IMG/VR virus record: IMGVR_UViG_3300034375_008561
Reading direction: 5' to 3' (one strand)
DNA length: 64,000 nucleotides
DNA from: an uncultured virus (IMG/VR IMGVR_UViG_3300034375_008561)
Taxonomy: Duplodnaviria; Heunggongvirae; Uroviricota; Caudoviricetes
The notes below the pieces were generated by a model. The model had not been told where the DNA came from. It did no database searches and worked only from the letters and a program-made list of their open reading frames with translations. This document shows positions 17,450-27,023 of the stretch, piece after piece. The position numbers and the translations under genes were made by a program. The first letter of the stretch is position 1, and every line of letters begins with the position of its first letter.

Positions 17450-17883
17450 CATTAGGCTAATAGCACAATGATTGACAACAAGATGTTGAGTCTTGTTGTT
17501 TCATTGTCACTGACTAGACATCAAAGACATCAAGGTCTACACCTGAGTCTTCCATGTCTTGCATTGCAGCACGTTTTGCTACACGCAGGTCAGCTCTTTC
17601 CATCATTGTTGATAGGTATGGCATAACACATAGAGTATTAATGAGCTCCCAGGATTAATCTCGTCAAGAGTTTGGTAGGGGGGAGTTTCCCTTTCCAAAA
17701 ATGAGTGGGGGTTTTGTATAAGGTAGTCTACACACTCACAGATTTTCAATTATTTTACCCTTCAATAAATTTTTTCCAGAAATTTTTTTAGCTTAGAGTG
17801 ACATATGTGTATATCTTTTTCAAATTTTGTATACATATATGTGTAGAAAACCCTATCTTTGTAGACTTAAATACTTAACAGTT

Positions 17884-18102
17884 ATGAATATAGGACAAAA
17901 GAATACTATCTCTACATTTTGGAATGCAGTTATAGCTTCAATTATTATGGTAACTACTGCTTTACTATTGAAGGAAGATGCTAGTAAGGATACTATCATT
18001 ATATTTCAGGGTGTACTCTTTGGTGTAAAGACAGGGTCTGATATGCTAAAGAACTACACAACTGCTAAGATAGAAGAGATGGAGATAAAAACAAGACTGT
18101 AA
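17884..18102 (+). CDS. small hydrophobic membrane protein
   Basis: Probable start MNIGQK at 17884, after TATCTTTG at 17854-17861. Two hydrophobic stretches. Confidence 0.6.
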   Translation: MNIGQKNTISTFWNAVIASIIMVTTALLLKEDASKDTIIIFQGVLFGVKTGSDMLKNYTTAKIEEMEIKTRL

Positions 18103-18346
18103 TCTTGACAAAGAAAGAAAGTACCAAAGAAAGAAACGTTAATTGGCTCTCCCTTGATACTAGTTTGTTACTTTTGTGAAAGGTTTTTCAGGAGTGTTCC
18201 GAAAGAAACTTCTTTTGCAAAGTTACAAGAAATTTTTTTAACAATCAAGGGCTAGAAGAAATTTTAACATATTATTTTCTTATAGGTCTGAAAAAAGCTA
18301 TAAGAAAAATTTATAGTTGATTAAGATTTTTATTAAAATTAAATTG

Positions 18347-18354
18347 TATCTTTG
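18347..18354 (+). promoter_or_regulatory. Bacteroidota-type -7 promoter element
   Basis: TATCTTTG. The context AATTGTATCTTTGCCTA recurs at 41660-41676. Confidence 0.65.
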
Positions 18355-18369
18355 CCTAAAATATAATAT

Positions 18370-19674
18370 ATGCCATTACCTAAGAAGAGGGTGTATTTCC
18401 CTCAGTTGTCTGATGAGACAAAGTTTCAAAGACAGTTTACACAGAATACTCAAGATATTATAGCACTACGAAATGCTCTTAATGCTGGCGTAGGCACAGT
18501 AGTAGCTGGAGGAGGACCTGCAATAGAAAATATCTATGCTGATGTTGCAACCATGTTTGCAGACCAAACTAACCAGACTGCACAATCTTTTCAAAGGGTA
18601 GATGATGCTTCGGGAGATATAGCTGTAACTACAGGGTATGCTTATTATGAATATTTAGGTACTGTGGTTGGTGATATTACTGACTATAAGTTGGTAGTGT
18701 CTGAAGAGAGTCTGGGTGTAATTGCAGGTTCCACTACTCCAACTACAACTCTTGGAGATATGATTGTTAGAGGAGCAGTTGAAGATAAGAGACTACCAAA
18801 ATGTGCTACTAGTGATGTGTTAGTAATGGGTGCAGATGAACCAGAATGGCAAACTCCAAGTACTGTACCTGTATTGAGACTTTCACATTCTGCAATTATC
18901 AATCTACAAATTGCAGAAGGTTCTACAGAGGTATTACCATGGGATACTCAAGATGCAATAGATACAGACACATATATTCATGATACAGTTACCAATAACA
19001 GTAGGATTTATGTAAATGTAAGTGGAATATATCTAATTAAGTGGGATGTGTTTGCTGTAAGTGCAGGAGCAAATCGTTTAAGCTGGGAATCAAGACTTAG
19101 AATAGATGGTGTTGCTCAAGATATAGGTAGAAGAAAAAATTATTCAAGAGGTTCACTTTATGGTAGTGGGATAAATGCAGAGCAAAATATAGAAGTATCT
19201 CTCACAGCAGGACAATATATTGAGGCTACAATTTATGTACAAGATGCAGAACAAACAAGTGCAGTTAATAGCATAGCAGCCTCTCAAAACTTAGTAGTAA
19301 AAAAGATAGATGGACTAGGAGGAACTAAAGGAGATAAAGGAGATACAGGAGTCCCAGGAGGTATTCCTTCTACTTTGACTATATCAAGCGATGAATTAGA
19401 TGCGGGTAACTATCTTGGAAATATTTATAATGAAGAAGCACCTTATGTATATAGCGGAACGATTAGTTTTATTAATTTAGCAAGTAAAGGGTTTGGAGTT
19501 CTAAGAATTACAACGGCAGGGGAAACTAATTTTCCTTTAATAGATGCTAATGGTGGATTAAATACTCAAGTTAGTGGTGATTCTTTTCAAGCCGATTATA
19601 TATATGAAATGCTTTTTAGAGTTATAGGAACAACAAAAGTAGAATATGGATTTATAGGATTATACCCTTCTTAA
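18370..19674 (+). CDS. putative fibre/decoration protein with C1q-like jelly-roll and short collagen-like stretch
   Basis: LPWDT...NNSRIYVNVSGIYLIKW...VSLTAGQYIE; GTKGDKGDTGVPG. Confidence 0.6.
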   Translation: MPLPKKRVYFPQLSDETKFQRQFTQNTQDIIALRNALNAGVGTVVAGGGPAIENIYADVATMFADQTNQTAQSFQRVDDASGDIAVTTGYAYYEYLGTVVGDITDYKLVVSEESLGVIAGSTTPTTTLGDMIVRGAVEDKRLPKCATSDVLVMGADEPEWQTPSTVPVLRLSHSAIINLQIAEGSTEVLPWDTQDAIDTDTYIHDTVTNNSRIYVNVSGIYLIKWDVFAVSAGANRLSWESRLRIDGVAQDIGRRKNYSRGSLYGSGINAEQNIEVSLTAGQYIEATIYVQDAEQTSAVNSIAASQNLVVKKIDGLGGTKGDKGDTGVPGGIPSTLTISSDELDAGNYLGNIYNEEAPYVYSGTISFINLASKGFGVLRITTAGETNFPLIDANGGLNTQVSGDSFQADYIYEMLFRVIGTTKVEYGFIGLYPS

Positions 19675-19675
19675 T

Positions 19676-21466
19676 ATGGCATATTTATCTCACATAGAAA
19701 AGTATATAAGACCTAATAAAGATTTTATTCAAAAGTTTAAAAAAATTCGTTATTGGTATGGAACAGAAGTTCATCCTGATGTTAAATATGGAGTTTATAA
19801 TTCTGTAAATAGAGTTTGTGTAGTGAATGTTAGTTCACTTCAATTTGATGTTTTTTGTGATTCTAATAATGAAATATCTAATAATTCTATGGCTTGTCCT
19901 ATTGGTACATATAGTGGATTTAGAACTCTAGCAGGATGGTATAATTTTTATGGAAATCAAAAATGGTATTTAAGAGGCTTTTATAATCAAGCAAATAAAG
20001 GTCTTGAATATATAAGTCATCTAGCTAATAGCGGAATTGTTTTTGGAAATGAAGGTAATTCTAAACAAACAGAAGTAAGTCCAGATACAGGAAGAGCTGC
20101 TCCAGAATTTGAAGGAGTAAGGCTAGTTAAAGATTACCCTTGCCCAGAATTAGATGATGGTAAAAGATTTGCAATAACTACTATAACTTCTAATAAAGAT
20201 GTAAATAATCTAGGATGTATTTTTGATTGTAGTACAACATCAGCTGGACAATTTAAAGTATGGCATGATTCAGGTAGTGAATATTCTTTTATGGCTGCTT
20301 GTCGTTCTACTACAGGAACAAGAAGGCAAGATGTAACTATGGTTGATGAAAATGTTTTAGCTAATAATTTAGTACAACTTCAATCTATTTTAGTAGATGA
20401 AGATAATACTATACATGGATATTTGTCAGGCGTAAAACAAACTGAATCTAAAAGATATACAGATTGGTCAAGGAATAATGATTACTTTTCTTTAGGATAT
20501 GAAGGGGCTACTTCAGCCACAAATTTTTTTAAAGGACATTTTTCTGCTCTAATAATTCAGGCAGGAAATATTGAAGAGGCTGATATAACAGATTTAGTTT
20601 CATATTTAGAAACTAATCATGGAGTACCTATTAGAACTCCGATAACTATGCCAAATTTATCTTTCGATTTTGCTTATGGAGGTGTTAAATTACCTGATGG
20701 AATTTCTTCTTATCCTATTACAGCAATTAATCCTATATCAGCTTTAGAAGAAAATATACCCTTTGATGCAAAGGGAATATTTGATAAAGATACAATAGAG
20801 GCGTTTGCACAAGGAGGAAATTTAAGACTTGAAGGTATTGTTGACCAATTAGGTAATTATCCTATTTTAAAATCACAAATAAATCAAGGACATAGACTAA
20901 CTGATGCAAGTGGTTTTGCTTTAGACGTTCTTCACAATGATGTACAAAGAACAGGAGTTAGAAGTACTTCTAATGTTGATGTTTCTGGATTAGATGTTGG
21001 ACAGGATTTTGTAGCAGGTTTATTATATAGCCCTTTATCACAAGGTAATAGCGATAGAACAAATGTTGTAATACGGAATATTGATATTTCAACAGAGATG
21101 TTTGCTATTTCTACTCAAAGTAGTAATACAACACAATTTAGATTACATATAAAAGCAGGAGTTGGTAGTATAGATGATTTTTATGTTAATTTAGATGGAA
21201 CAAATTTGTCTCAATTAATTACTATTGTTGTAACAAGAATAGGAGGAATATTAAAAGTATATATAAATTCAGTAGAAAAAACAAGTGGTGCTTTGAATTT
21301 TTGGTCTATGAGATTTCTGGATTACGAATTAGCTATTGGAGTCAATTTTAATAATAGTTATGGTAAATTAGATTATTTTAGAATGTTTGTTTGGAAACAA
21401 GGAGCAGACCTTTCTTCATATAATTGGAAAAATGTAGCATCACAATTATTAACATTAAGAGGTTAA
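19676..21466 (+). CDS. putative virion protein with concanavalin A/LamG-like domains
   Basis: 596 aa, beta-rich. ITIVVTRIGGILKVYINSV and FFKGHFSALII resemble LamG folds. Confidence 0.5.
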   Translation: MAYLSHIEKYIRPNKDFIQKFKKIRYWYGTEVHPDVKYGVYNSVNRVCVVNVSSLQFDVFCDSNNEISNNSMACPIGTYSGFRTLAGWYNFYGNQKWYLRGFYNQANKGLEYISHLANSGIVFGNEGNSKQTEVSPDTGRAAPEFEGVRLVKDYPCPELDDGKRFAITTITSNKDVNNLGCIFDCSTTSAGQFKVWHDSGSEYSFMAACRSTTGTRRQDVTMVDENVLANNLVQLQSILVDEDNTIHGYLSGVKQTESKRYTDWSRNNDYFSLGYEGATSATNFFKGHFSALIIQAGNIEEADITDLVSYLETNHGVPIRTPITMPNLSFDFAYGGVKLPDGISSYPITAINPISALEENIPFDAKGIFDKDTIEAFAQGGNLRLEGIVDQLGNYPILKSQINQGHRLTDASGFALDVLHNDVQRTGVRSTSNVDVSGLDVGQDFVAGLLYSPLSQGNSDRTNVVIRNIDISTEMFAISTQSSNTTQFRLHIKAGVGSIDDFYVNLDGTNLSQLITIVVTRIGGILKVYINSVEKTSGALNFWSMRFLDYELAIGVNFNNSYGKLDYFRMFVWKQGADLSSYNWKNVASQLLTLRG

Positions 21467-21538
21467 AATATAAAAATTATGAAAATAAGGTAGTAAAGTC
21501 TAGCACGTTTTCACTTATGAACAATTAAATATTGAAAT

Positions 21539-22129
21539 ATGAAATTAAAAAATATTTGGGCTATCACAAGATGGTTATTATTAGGAGTGGCTTTTGGTGT
21601 CATGGCATTTATAGGTATCCTTATCTTTCACATAGTATACCCGATTGAGTGTATATGGGGATGGAAGAAGTACTCATTCGGTTGGTGGTTTGTTAACCGA
21701 GACGAGAAGGATGAGATAAGTAACCTATACGGTGACGAAGGGTGGCGAGAGAGGAATGATATAGTGATAGAGGATATGACTGGATTTATTGGCTGGTTTC
21801 AACGTTCTTATGTTGCTTTTAGATGGATGGCACTTAGAAACCCAACTTGGAACTTTAAGCTTTGGGTGAGACCAAAGAATGGACCTCTATCAGATATAGA
21901 TATATTAATTGATGAAGGTCCAGGAGGTGCATTGACATACAGGAACCATACTTTATTTGGAGAGCAATATGGCTTCTTTACAGTAGGTGGCACTAGGTAC
22001 TTTAGATACTCTATCTCTAAGCATGTCAAGTTCTTATGGATATGGGAGAGGCACTGGATTGTGCAACTTGGCAGTTCTAGTGAGAGATACATCTACAAAA
22101 ATAAATGGTCAGATAGACAAATAAGTTAA
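21539..22129 (+). CDS. Trp-rich membrane-associated phage protein
   Basis: N-terminal TM helix, WMALRNP motif. Confidence 0.65.
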   Translation: MKLKNIWAITRWLLLGVAFGVMAFIGILIFHIVYPIECIWGWKKYSFGWWFVNRDEKDEISNLYGDEGWRERNDIVIEDMTGFIGWFQRSYVAFRWMALRNPTWNFKLWVRPKNGPLSDIDILIDEGPGGALTYRNHTLFGEQYGFFTVGGTRYFRYSISKHVKFLWIWERHWIVQLGSSSERYIYKNKWSDRQIS

Positions 22130-22136
22130 CTTTTCC

Positions 22137-22167
22137 TTTGTTATTATTAATATTTATCTTAAATTTG
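22137..22167 (+). promoter_or_regulatory. Bacteroidota-type promoter
   Basis: TTTG-19 nt-TAAATTTG upstream of 22190. Confidence 0.7.
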
Positions 22168-22189
22168 CTTCATATTAAAATTAAAAGAT

Positions 22190-22561
22190 ATGCAAGTAAT
22201 AACAAAAGTGTTGAAAGTCAGCAAGTATGATTACTACATTAAGCATTTAGAAATAATGAATGTTCTTCTGCCAGAGGATAAATTTCCTGAAAGGCTATCC
22301 ACTAAAGAGATTGAAGTATTAGCTGCTTTCATGTCACAGGACAAGAACCTCATTGAAGAAGATATGTTTAATGGGGTTGTCAGAAAAAAGGTGATGGAGA
22401 AACTCTCTCTTAAACCTGGTGGTCTTGGTAACCACCTCAAAAAAATGATAGCTAAGAACTATCTAACCAAGAACCCTATCACAAGAAAAATAGATTTAAG
22501 AAGTTTTATGTTCCCTGTCAATAATAGTCAGGGGTATCGAATCAAACTAGTAAAAGAATGA
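22190..22561 (+). CDS. putative winged helix-turn-helix protein
   Basis: LSTKEIEVLA...RKKVMEKLSLKPGGLGNHLKKMIAKNYL. Confidence 0.55.
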   Translation: MQVITKVLKVSKYDYYIKHLEIMNVLLPEDKFPERLSTKEIEVLAAFMSQDKNLIEEDMFNGVVRKKVMEKLSLKPGGLGNHLKKMIAKNYLTKNPITRKIDLRSFMFPVNNSQGYRIKLVKE

Positions 22562-22791
22562 ATCACCTATTAGGAGTAGAAAGCACACTAATGATGAACA
22601 CAGACACTCAAAAGGTGGACTATGTGTTACAGATAGAGATTACACAAGATGTATATGACTGGTTAGACAATCATGATATTGAGTACACTGAGGAAAGAGA
22701 AAAGGTATTCCTTGTCAATAACATCAGGTATGTGTATTTAGGACCAAAAATAGAATTAACAATGCCTATGGCAACAGAAGGACAAGCATGA
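22558..22791 (+). CDS. hypothetical protein
   Basis: 77 aa, ATGA overlaps at both ends. Confidence 0.65.
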   Translation: MNHLLGVESTLMMNTDTQKVDYVLQIEITQDVYDWLDNHDIEYTEEREKVFLVNNIRYVYLGPKIELTMPMATEGQA

Positions 22792-23105
22792 GAAAAGAAG
22801 AAACATTAAAAAATGATGAACTCTTACATGAGTTTTATGCTCAAGAAGGGCATAAGTATCCTGAATTGAATTTAGACCAATTCAAGGAGATAGTGTTTGG
22901 ACCCTGGTTAATGACAAAGAAAGAGATGGAATCAGGAGACCTGGATACCATAAGATTAAAATACTTTGGTACATTCCAAGTCTACCCTGGTAGGGCAAAA
23001 CAACAGCTAAAGAGTATTAATGACAGAAAGAGGTTTAATAAGATTGAGATTTCTCAATACTTCAAGTTAAAGGATATGCTTGAAAAATTCTTAAAAAAGC
23101 AATAA
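22788..23105 (+). CDS. HU/IHF-like protein
   Basis: TIRLKYFGTFQV resembles the HU/IHF signature. Confidence 0.5.
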   Translation: MRKEETLKNDELLHEFYAQEGHKYPELNLDQFKEIVFGPWLMTKKEMESGDLDTIRLKYFGTFQVYPGRAKQQLKSINDRKRFNKIEISQYFKLKDMLEKFLKKQ

Positions 23106-23311
23106 TGGGAACAATAAAAAACATATATGTAGGGTATAAAAATTACTTAACAGGTAAGACTACCCCAGAGGAAAAGCAAAGACTTGCAATCTGTAATAGG
23201 TGTGAATTTAAGAAACCTAAAGCTCCTATACATTGGTGTATGAAATGCCCATGTCATATGCCAGCAAAAATTAAATCCCCAAAGGCACATTGTAAAATAA
23301 AAAGATGGTAA
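23105..23311 (+). CDS. small Cys-rich zinc-finger protein
   Basis: RLAICNRCE...CMKCPC...KAHCKIKRW. Confidence 0.65.
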   Translation: MGTIKNIYVGYKNYLTGKTTPEEKQRLAICNRCEFKKPKAPIHWCMKCPCHMPAKIKSPKAHCKIKRW

Positions 23312-23415
23312 TATGAACAACAATATAAAAACCCTGAAAGAAAACTATAATAAGTTAATTCAGAAGAGACAAATAAAAAACACAGCAGGGATAACCTGGA
23401 AAAATAAATTAAGAT

Positions 23416-24012
23416 ATGGAGGATAATAATTATACAAGAGTAAGAAATTACACAACAAAAGAACTATTAAATCATGTAAAAACTCTCCCCTCATTTAAAG
23501 GCTTTCCAAAAGATTATTGGATACTTGGAATACAATCTAATGAAGATTTATATAATCATTTTGATGATAAATTCTATTTATTTTTTGGGAGGAAGTTTAT
23601 AATGGTAACAACAGGTACTACTAATGCTGGTACTACTGGATTACATAACTATGAAAAATATAGTAAGGATGGTGTTTTAATTGTTAAGACAAATGAGTGG
23701 TACTATGGGCTCTGGAAGTTTGGATTACACAGAGGAAGAATGCCAGCTTTAAAACAAATCAGACCAATCAAATATTTCAGAGATTGGAATAAGAATAAAA
23801 AGGTTGAGGAAATAGGCAAGATGTATGAGGGCATACGTGGAATTAATTTTCACACTGTCACCTATCAGAAAGCTATGAACTTAATCCGAAAATTAATTGG
23901 TGGCTGGAGTGTTGGCTGTCAAGTGATTAATAATGTAAGAAAATATTTTGAAATCTTAGACCTAGTTAAAGGTCAGAAAGATGTAACTTATTGTTTAATA
24001 AAAGAATTTTAA
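23416..24012 (+). CDS. putative cell-wall hydrolase/endolysin (L,D-transpeptidase-like His/Cys motif)
   Basis: GINFH...GWSVGCQV. Confidence 0.55.
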   Translation: MEDNNYTRVRNYTTKELLNHVKTLPSFKGFPKDYWILGIQSNEDLYNHFDDKFYLFFGRKFIMVTTGTTNAGTTGLHNYEKYSKDGVLIVKTNEWYYGLWKFGLHRGRMPALKQIRPIKYFRDWNKNKKVEEIGKMYEGIRGINFHTVTYQKAMNLIRKLIGGWSVGCQVINNVRKYFEILDLVKGQKDVTYCLIKEF

Positions 24013-24013
24013 T

Positions 24014-24199
24014 ATGAGAGTAGAGATACAAAGAAACGAAACAAGCCAGCCTATTGTCTACGAGACAATAGAGAATGCTTATACTAAAGGACCCATGTAC
24101 TGTGTAATGTTTATAAAAGATGGAGCACGTAAAACACATAAATATCCTTTATGTTCCTTGTTTAGGGTGATTGAGGAGTATAATAAATCTAAAAGATAA
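24014..24199 (+). CDS. hypothetical protein
   Basis: 61-aa ORF. Confidence 0.6.
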   Translation: MRVEIQRNETSQPIVYETIENAYTKGPMYCVMFIKDGARKTHKYPLCSLFRVIEEYNKSKR

Positions 24200-24200
24200 T

Positions 24201-24773
24201 ATGGCATACCTATTTATAGTATCAGAAAAAACAGTATTTCCACATGCAGAGACTTTGTTGATTAGTCCTTTCAAAGATATTTGGGAGAGAGACAAAGACA
24301 AGAAAAAAGTCAATGCCTTAGAGGAGCTAGCTTATGTAGAGTTTATGACCTCAATGAAAAAGAGTAATCAATATAGGCAGTACCCTGAAAGTCAAAAAGA
24401 AGGTAAAGTAAGGGCTGCTGTTATTACAAGAGAACATTGGGAACCTGATGAACTGATTAAGCAAGCAATGCATAAGATAATTCAATTCCAACAAGAAGCA
24501 TCTACAACCTATAACTATTATATGGCTGCAAAGAAAGCTGCAGAGAAAATGCAGAACTTCTTCTTAGAGGTGGATATCAATGCAGTAAATGAGAAGACAA
24601 TGAATCCTTTGTATAAACCAAGGGATATAACAGCAGCTCTGAATGACACAGAGAAAGTATTGAGCAACCTAAAGAACTTAGAGAAGAAAGTAGAAGAAGA
24701 GTTGTATGAAGAAACAAAGAATAGAAGTAATAAAGAAATTTCATTCTTTGCTAATCCTGAAAGTTTAAATTAA
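24201..24773 (+). CDS. conserved helical protein upstream of TerL (possible small terminase subunit)
   Basis: Position, size and coiled-coil C-terminus. Probable start MAYLF at 24201. Confidence 0.45.
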   Translation: MAYLFIVSEKTVFPHAETLLISPFKDIWERDKDKKKVNALEELAYVEFMTSMKKSNQYRQYPESQKEGKVRAAVITREHWEPDELIKQAMHKIIQFQQEASTTYNYYMAAKKAAEKMQNFFLEVDINAVNEKTMNPLYKPRDITAALNDTEKVLSNLKNLEKKVEEELYEETKNRSNKEISFFANPESLN

Positions 24774-24841
24774 TGGGAGTACTAGACCTATTAGTATTAA
24801 TATTACTACTGCTCATAGTGGGTGGTGACCAAAGAGAATAG

Positions 24842-27010
24842 ATGGTAGATGAAACATACATCACTGGTAAGGTTGATGCAGTAAGAAACCCTAGTGGTGA
24901 CTGGGTAAATACTCAGGTATTTAGGGAAGCTGGTAACCATTACATGAAGCATAATTATTATGTTGCAGACCCCTGGGGCACACCTGACTGGGTATCTTAT
25001 TGGAAAAATGAGAGAACTAAGTCAATGAAAGGTGTTACCATTGGTGGCTCTAGGATTACAGGAGAACATTATAACTACCTCAACTATACACCTATTAAAA
25101 AGGTAGGTGCGATTAGAGGAAACAAAGCAGACAAGATTACAGGGTTTCCTGACTTTTGGGATGGAGACTACAACTACTTCTGGATTAGGCAGATAGCCAG
25201 GTATGGAGTAATAGACATGCTCCTTGAAGATGAAGAAAAGGAGTTGGTCTTAAAGATGGACGATAAAGCTCAGGCTCTCAAGATGAAAGAATTATTTGAG
25301 AGCTTGAATCTTTTTGTGCAGATTGAGGAAGGTTTTCTAGGTGGAGGATTTAATCTTATTGTAGGTAAGAGTAGACGTAAAGGATATTCCCTAAAGGCTG
25401 CTGCAATTGGCTCTAATGCTTACTTCACTAAACCCAACAAACTTATTATATATGGTGCCCATGATAAAAAATACCTATACCCAAATGGTATTTTTGGAAT
25501 GACCTACAACAACATTAACTTCATCAATGCTAACACTGGTTGGGCTATGCCCTCTGATGTTATTGATAGGTTAGGTTCTGGTCACATTAAGGCATCATAC
25601 ATTCAATACAAGAATGGAATAAAATTAGAGAAAGGTTTCAAGTCTGAGATTATGGCTTTAACCTTTAAGGACAACCCAGATGCTGCCAGGGGTAAGGATG
25701 CTGAAGAAGTATTCTTTGAAGAATCAGGAGCATTTGGTACACCTGGATTATTGAAAGATTCCTATAAAGCAACAGAAGATTGTGTAATGGCAGGGGCTAT
25801 CAAGACAGGTATGATTACAATCTTTGGTACTTCTGGAGATATGGAAGGTGGTACTTATGATTATGCTGACATGTTTGGTAGACCACAAGCCTTTGGTTTA
25901 CTGCCATTTAAGAATATATGGGATGAGAATCAAATAGATATGAATGTAGGATTCTTCCACCCAATCAACTGGAACATGGAAGGATTCTATGATAAGCACG
26001 GTAACTCAGATAAAGAAGGAGCTAAAAATGTAGAGATTAAGATTAGAGAAAATCTTATCAAGCATGGTGCAACCTCAACAGAGATACAGTCTAGAATGCA
26101 AGAGAAACCTCTTGGACCTAGTGAAGCTTTCTCTGCCATATCTGTAAACACATTCCCTGTCCTAGAACTGAAGAGACAATTACAACTAGTAAAAGGTAAA
26201 GGTTGGCAAATGTCAAAAGGTACTCCTGTCAACATGTACTATAAGGATGGCAAAGTAATTGCTGAGCCAATCATGGATGGGACAGCCAAACCAGTTACAA
26301 GTTATTATAATGTACCCACTGATACAAGAGGGTGTCCAATGATTTATGAACAACCTATTGCAAATCCTCCAGTTGGATTGTATAAGATTGGTTATGACCC
26401 TATTAGACAAGATGAAGGAACCTCACTAGCTTCCATCATAGTTTATAAGAGTGCCCACAGAGGTACACAACACTCTGACATAGTTGTGGCTGAATATATA
26501 GGCAGGTTAGAAACTCCATCAGATATTGACAGGATTGCAGAAATGTTTGCAGACCTCTATGGAACTAAAATCATGTACGAGAATGAAGTTACTGGTGTTA
26601 AAACCTACTTCCAAAGAATTAAAAGATTGCATTTACTTGCAGCTCAACCTGACAGAGTAATTAGTAAGAACATAAAAAACTCTAGAGTTGCTAGGGTATT
26701 TGGATGTCACATGAATGGACAACTTAAAGATGCAGGAGAGAGATATGTAAAAGAGTGGCTACTTACTGTGTTAGACTATGATGAACATGGTGCAGCAATC
26801 AGAGTGATAGATAAAATTTATTCTATCAGGTTGCTTGAAGAGCTAATCGCATACAACAGAGCAGGGAACTTTGATATGGTTTCTTCACTGTTTATGTGCA
26901 TGTTTCAAATACAAGAAGAAGAGCTAGGAAAGGTGTATGATGAGAAGGATAAACATAAAAATGCAAAAAAACTTCTTGAAATGCGTCGAAAAATGTATAA
27001 AAAGCGTTAA
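24842..27010 (+). CDS. terL: terminase large subunit (crAss-like)
   Basis: Walker A GKSRRKGYS, Walker B FFEESG, GTSG coupling motif, nuclease IGYDP...NFDMVSS. Confidence 0.93.
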   Translation: MVDETYITGKVDAVRNPSGDWVNTQVFREAGNHYMKHNYYVADPWGTPDWVSYWKNERTKSMKGVTIGGSRITGEHYNYLNYTPIKKVGAIRGNKADKITGFPDFWDGDYNYFWIRQIARYGVIDMLLEDEEKELVLKMDDKAQALKMKELFESLNLFVQIEEGFLGGGFNLIVGKSRRKGYSLKAAAIGSNAYFTKPNKLIIYGAHDKKYLYPNGIFGMTYNNINFINANTGWAMPSDVIDRLGSGHIKASYIQYKNGIKLEKGFKSEIMALTFKDNPDAARGKDAEEVFFEESGAFGTPGLLKDSYKATEDCVMAGAIKTGMITIFGTSGDMEGGTYDYADMFGRPQAFGLLPFKNIWDENQIDMNVGFFHPINWNMEGFYDKHGNSDKEGAKNVEIKIRENLIKHGATSTEIQSRMQEKPLGPSEAFSAISVNTFPVLELKRQLQLVKGKGWQMSKGTPVNMYYKDGKVIAEPIMDGTAKPVTSYYNVPTDTRGCPMIYEQPIANPPVGLYKIGYDPIRQDEGTSLASIIVYKSAHRGTQHSDIVVAEYIGRLETPSDIDRIAEMFADLYGTKIMYENEVTGVKTYFQRIKRLHLLAAQPDRVISKNIKNSRVARVFGCHMNGQLKDAGERYVKEWLLTVLDYDEHGAAIRVIDKIYSIRLLEELIAYNRAGNFDMVSSLFMCMFQIQEEELGKVYDEKDKHKNAKKLLEMRRKMYKKR

Positions 27011-27023
27011 CTTTGTAAAAATT

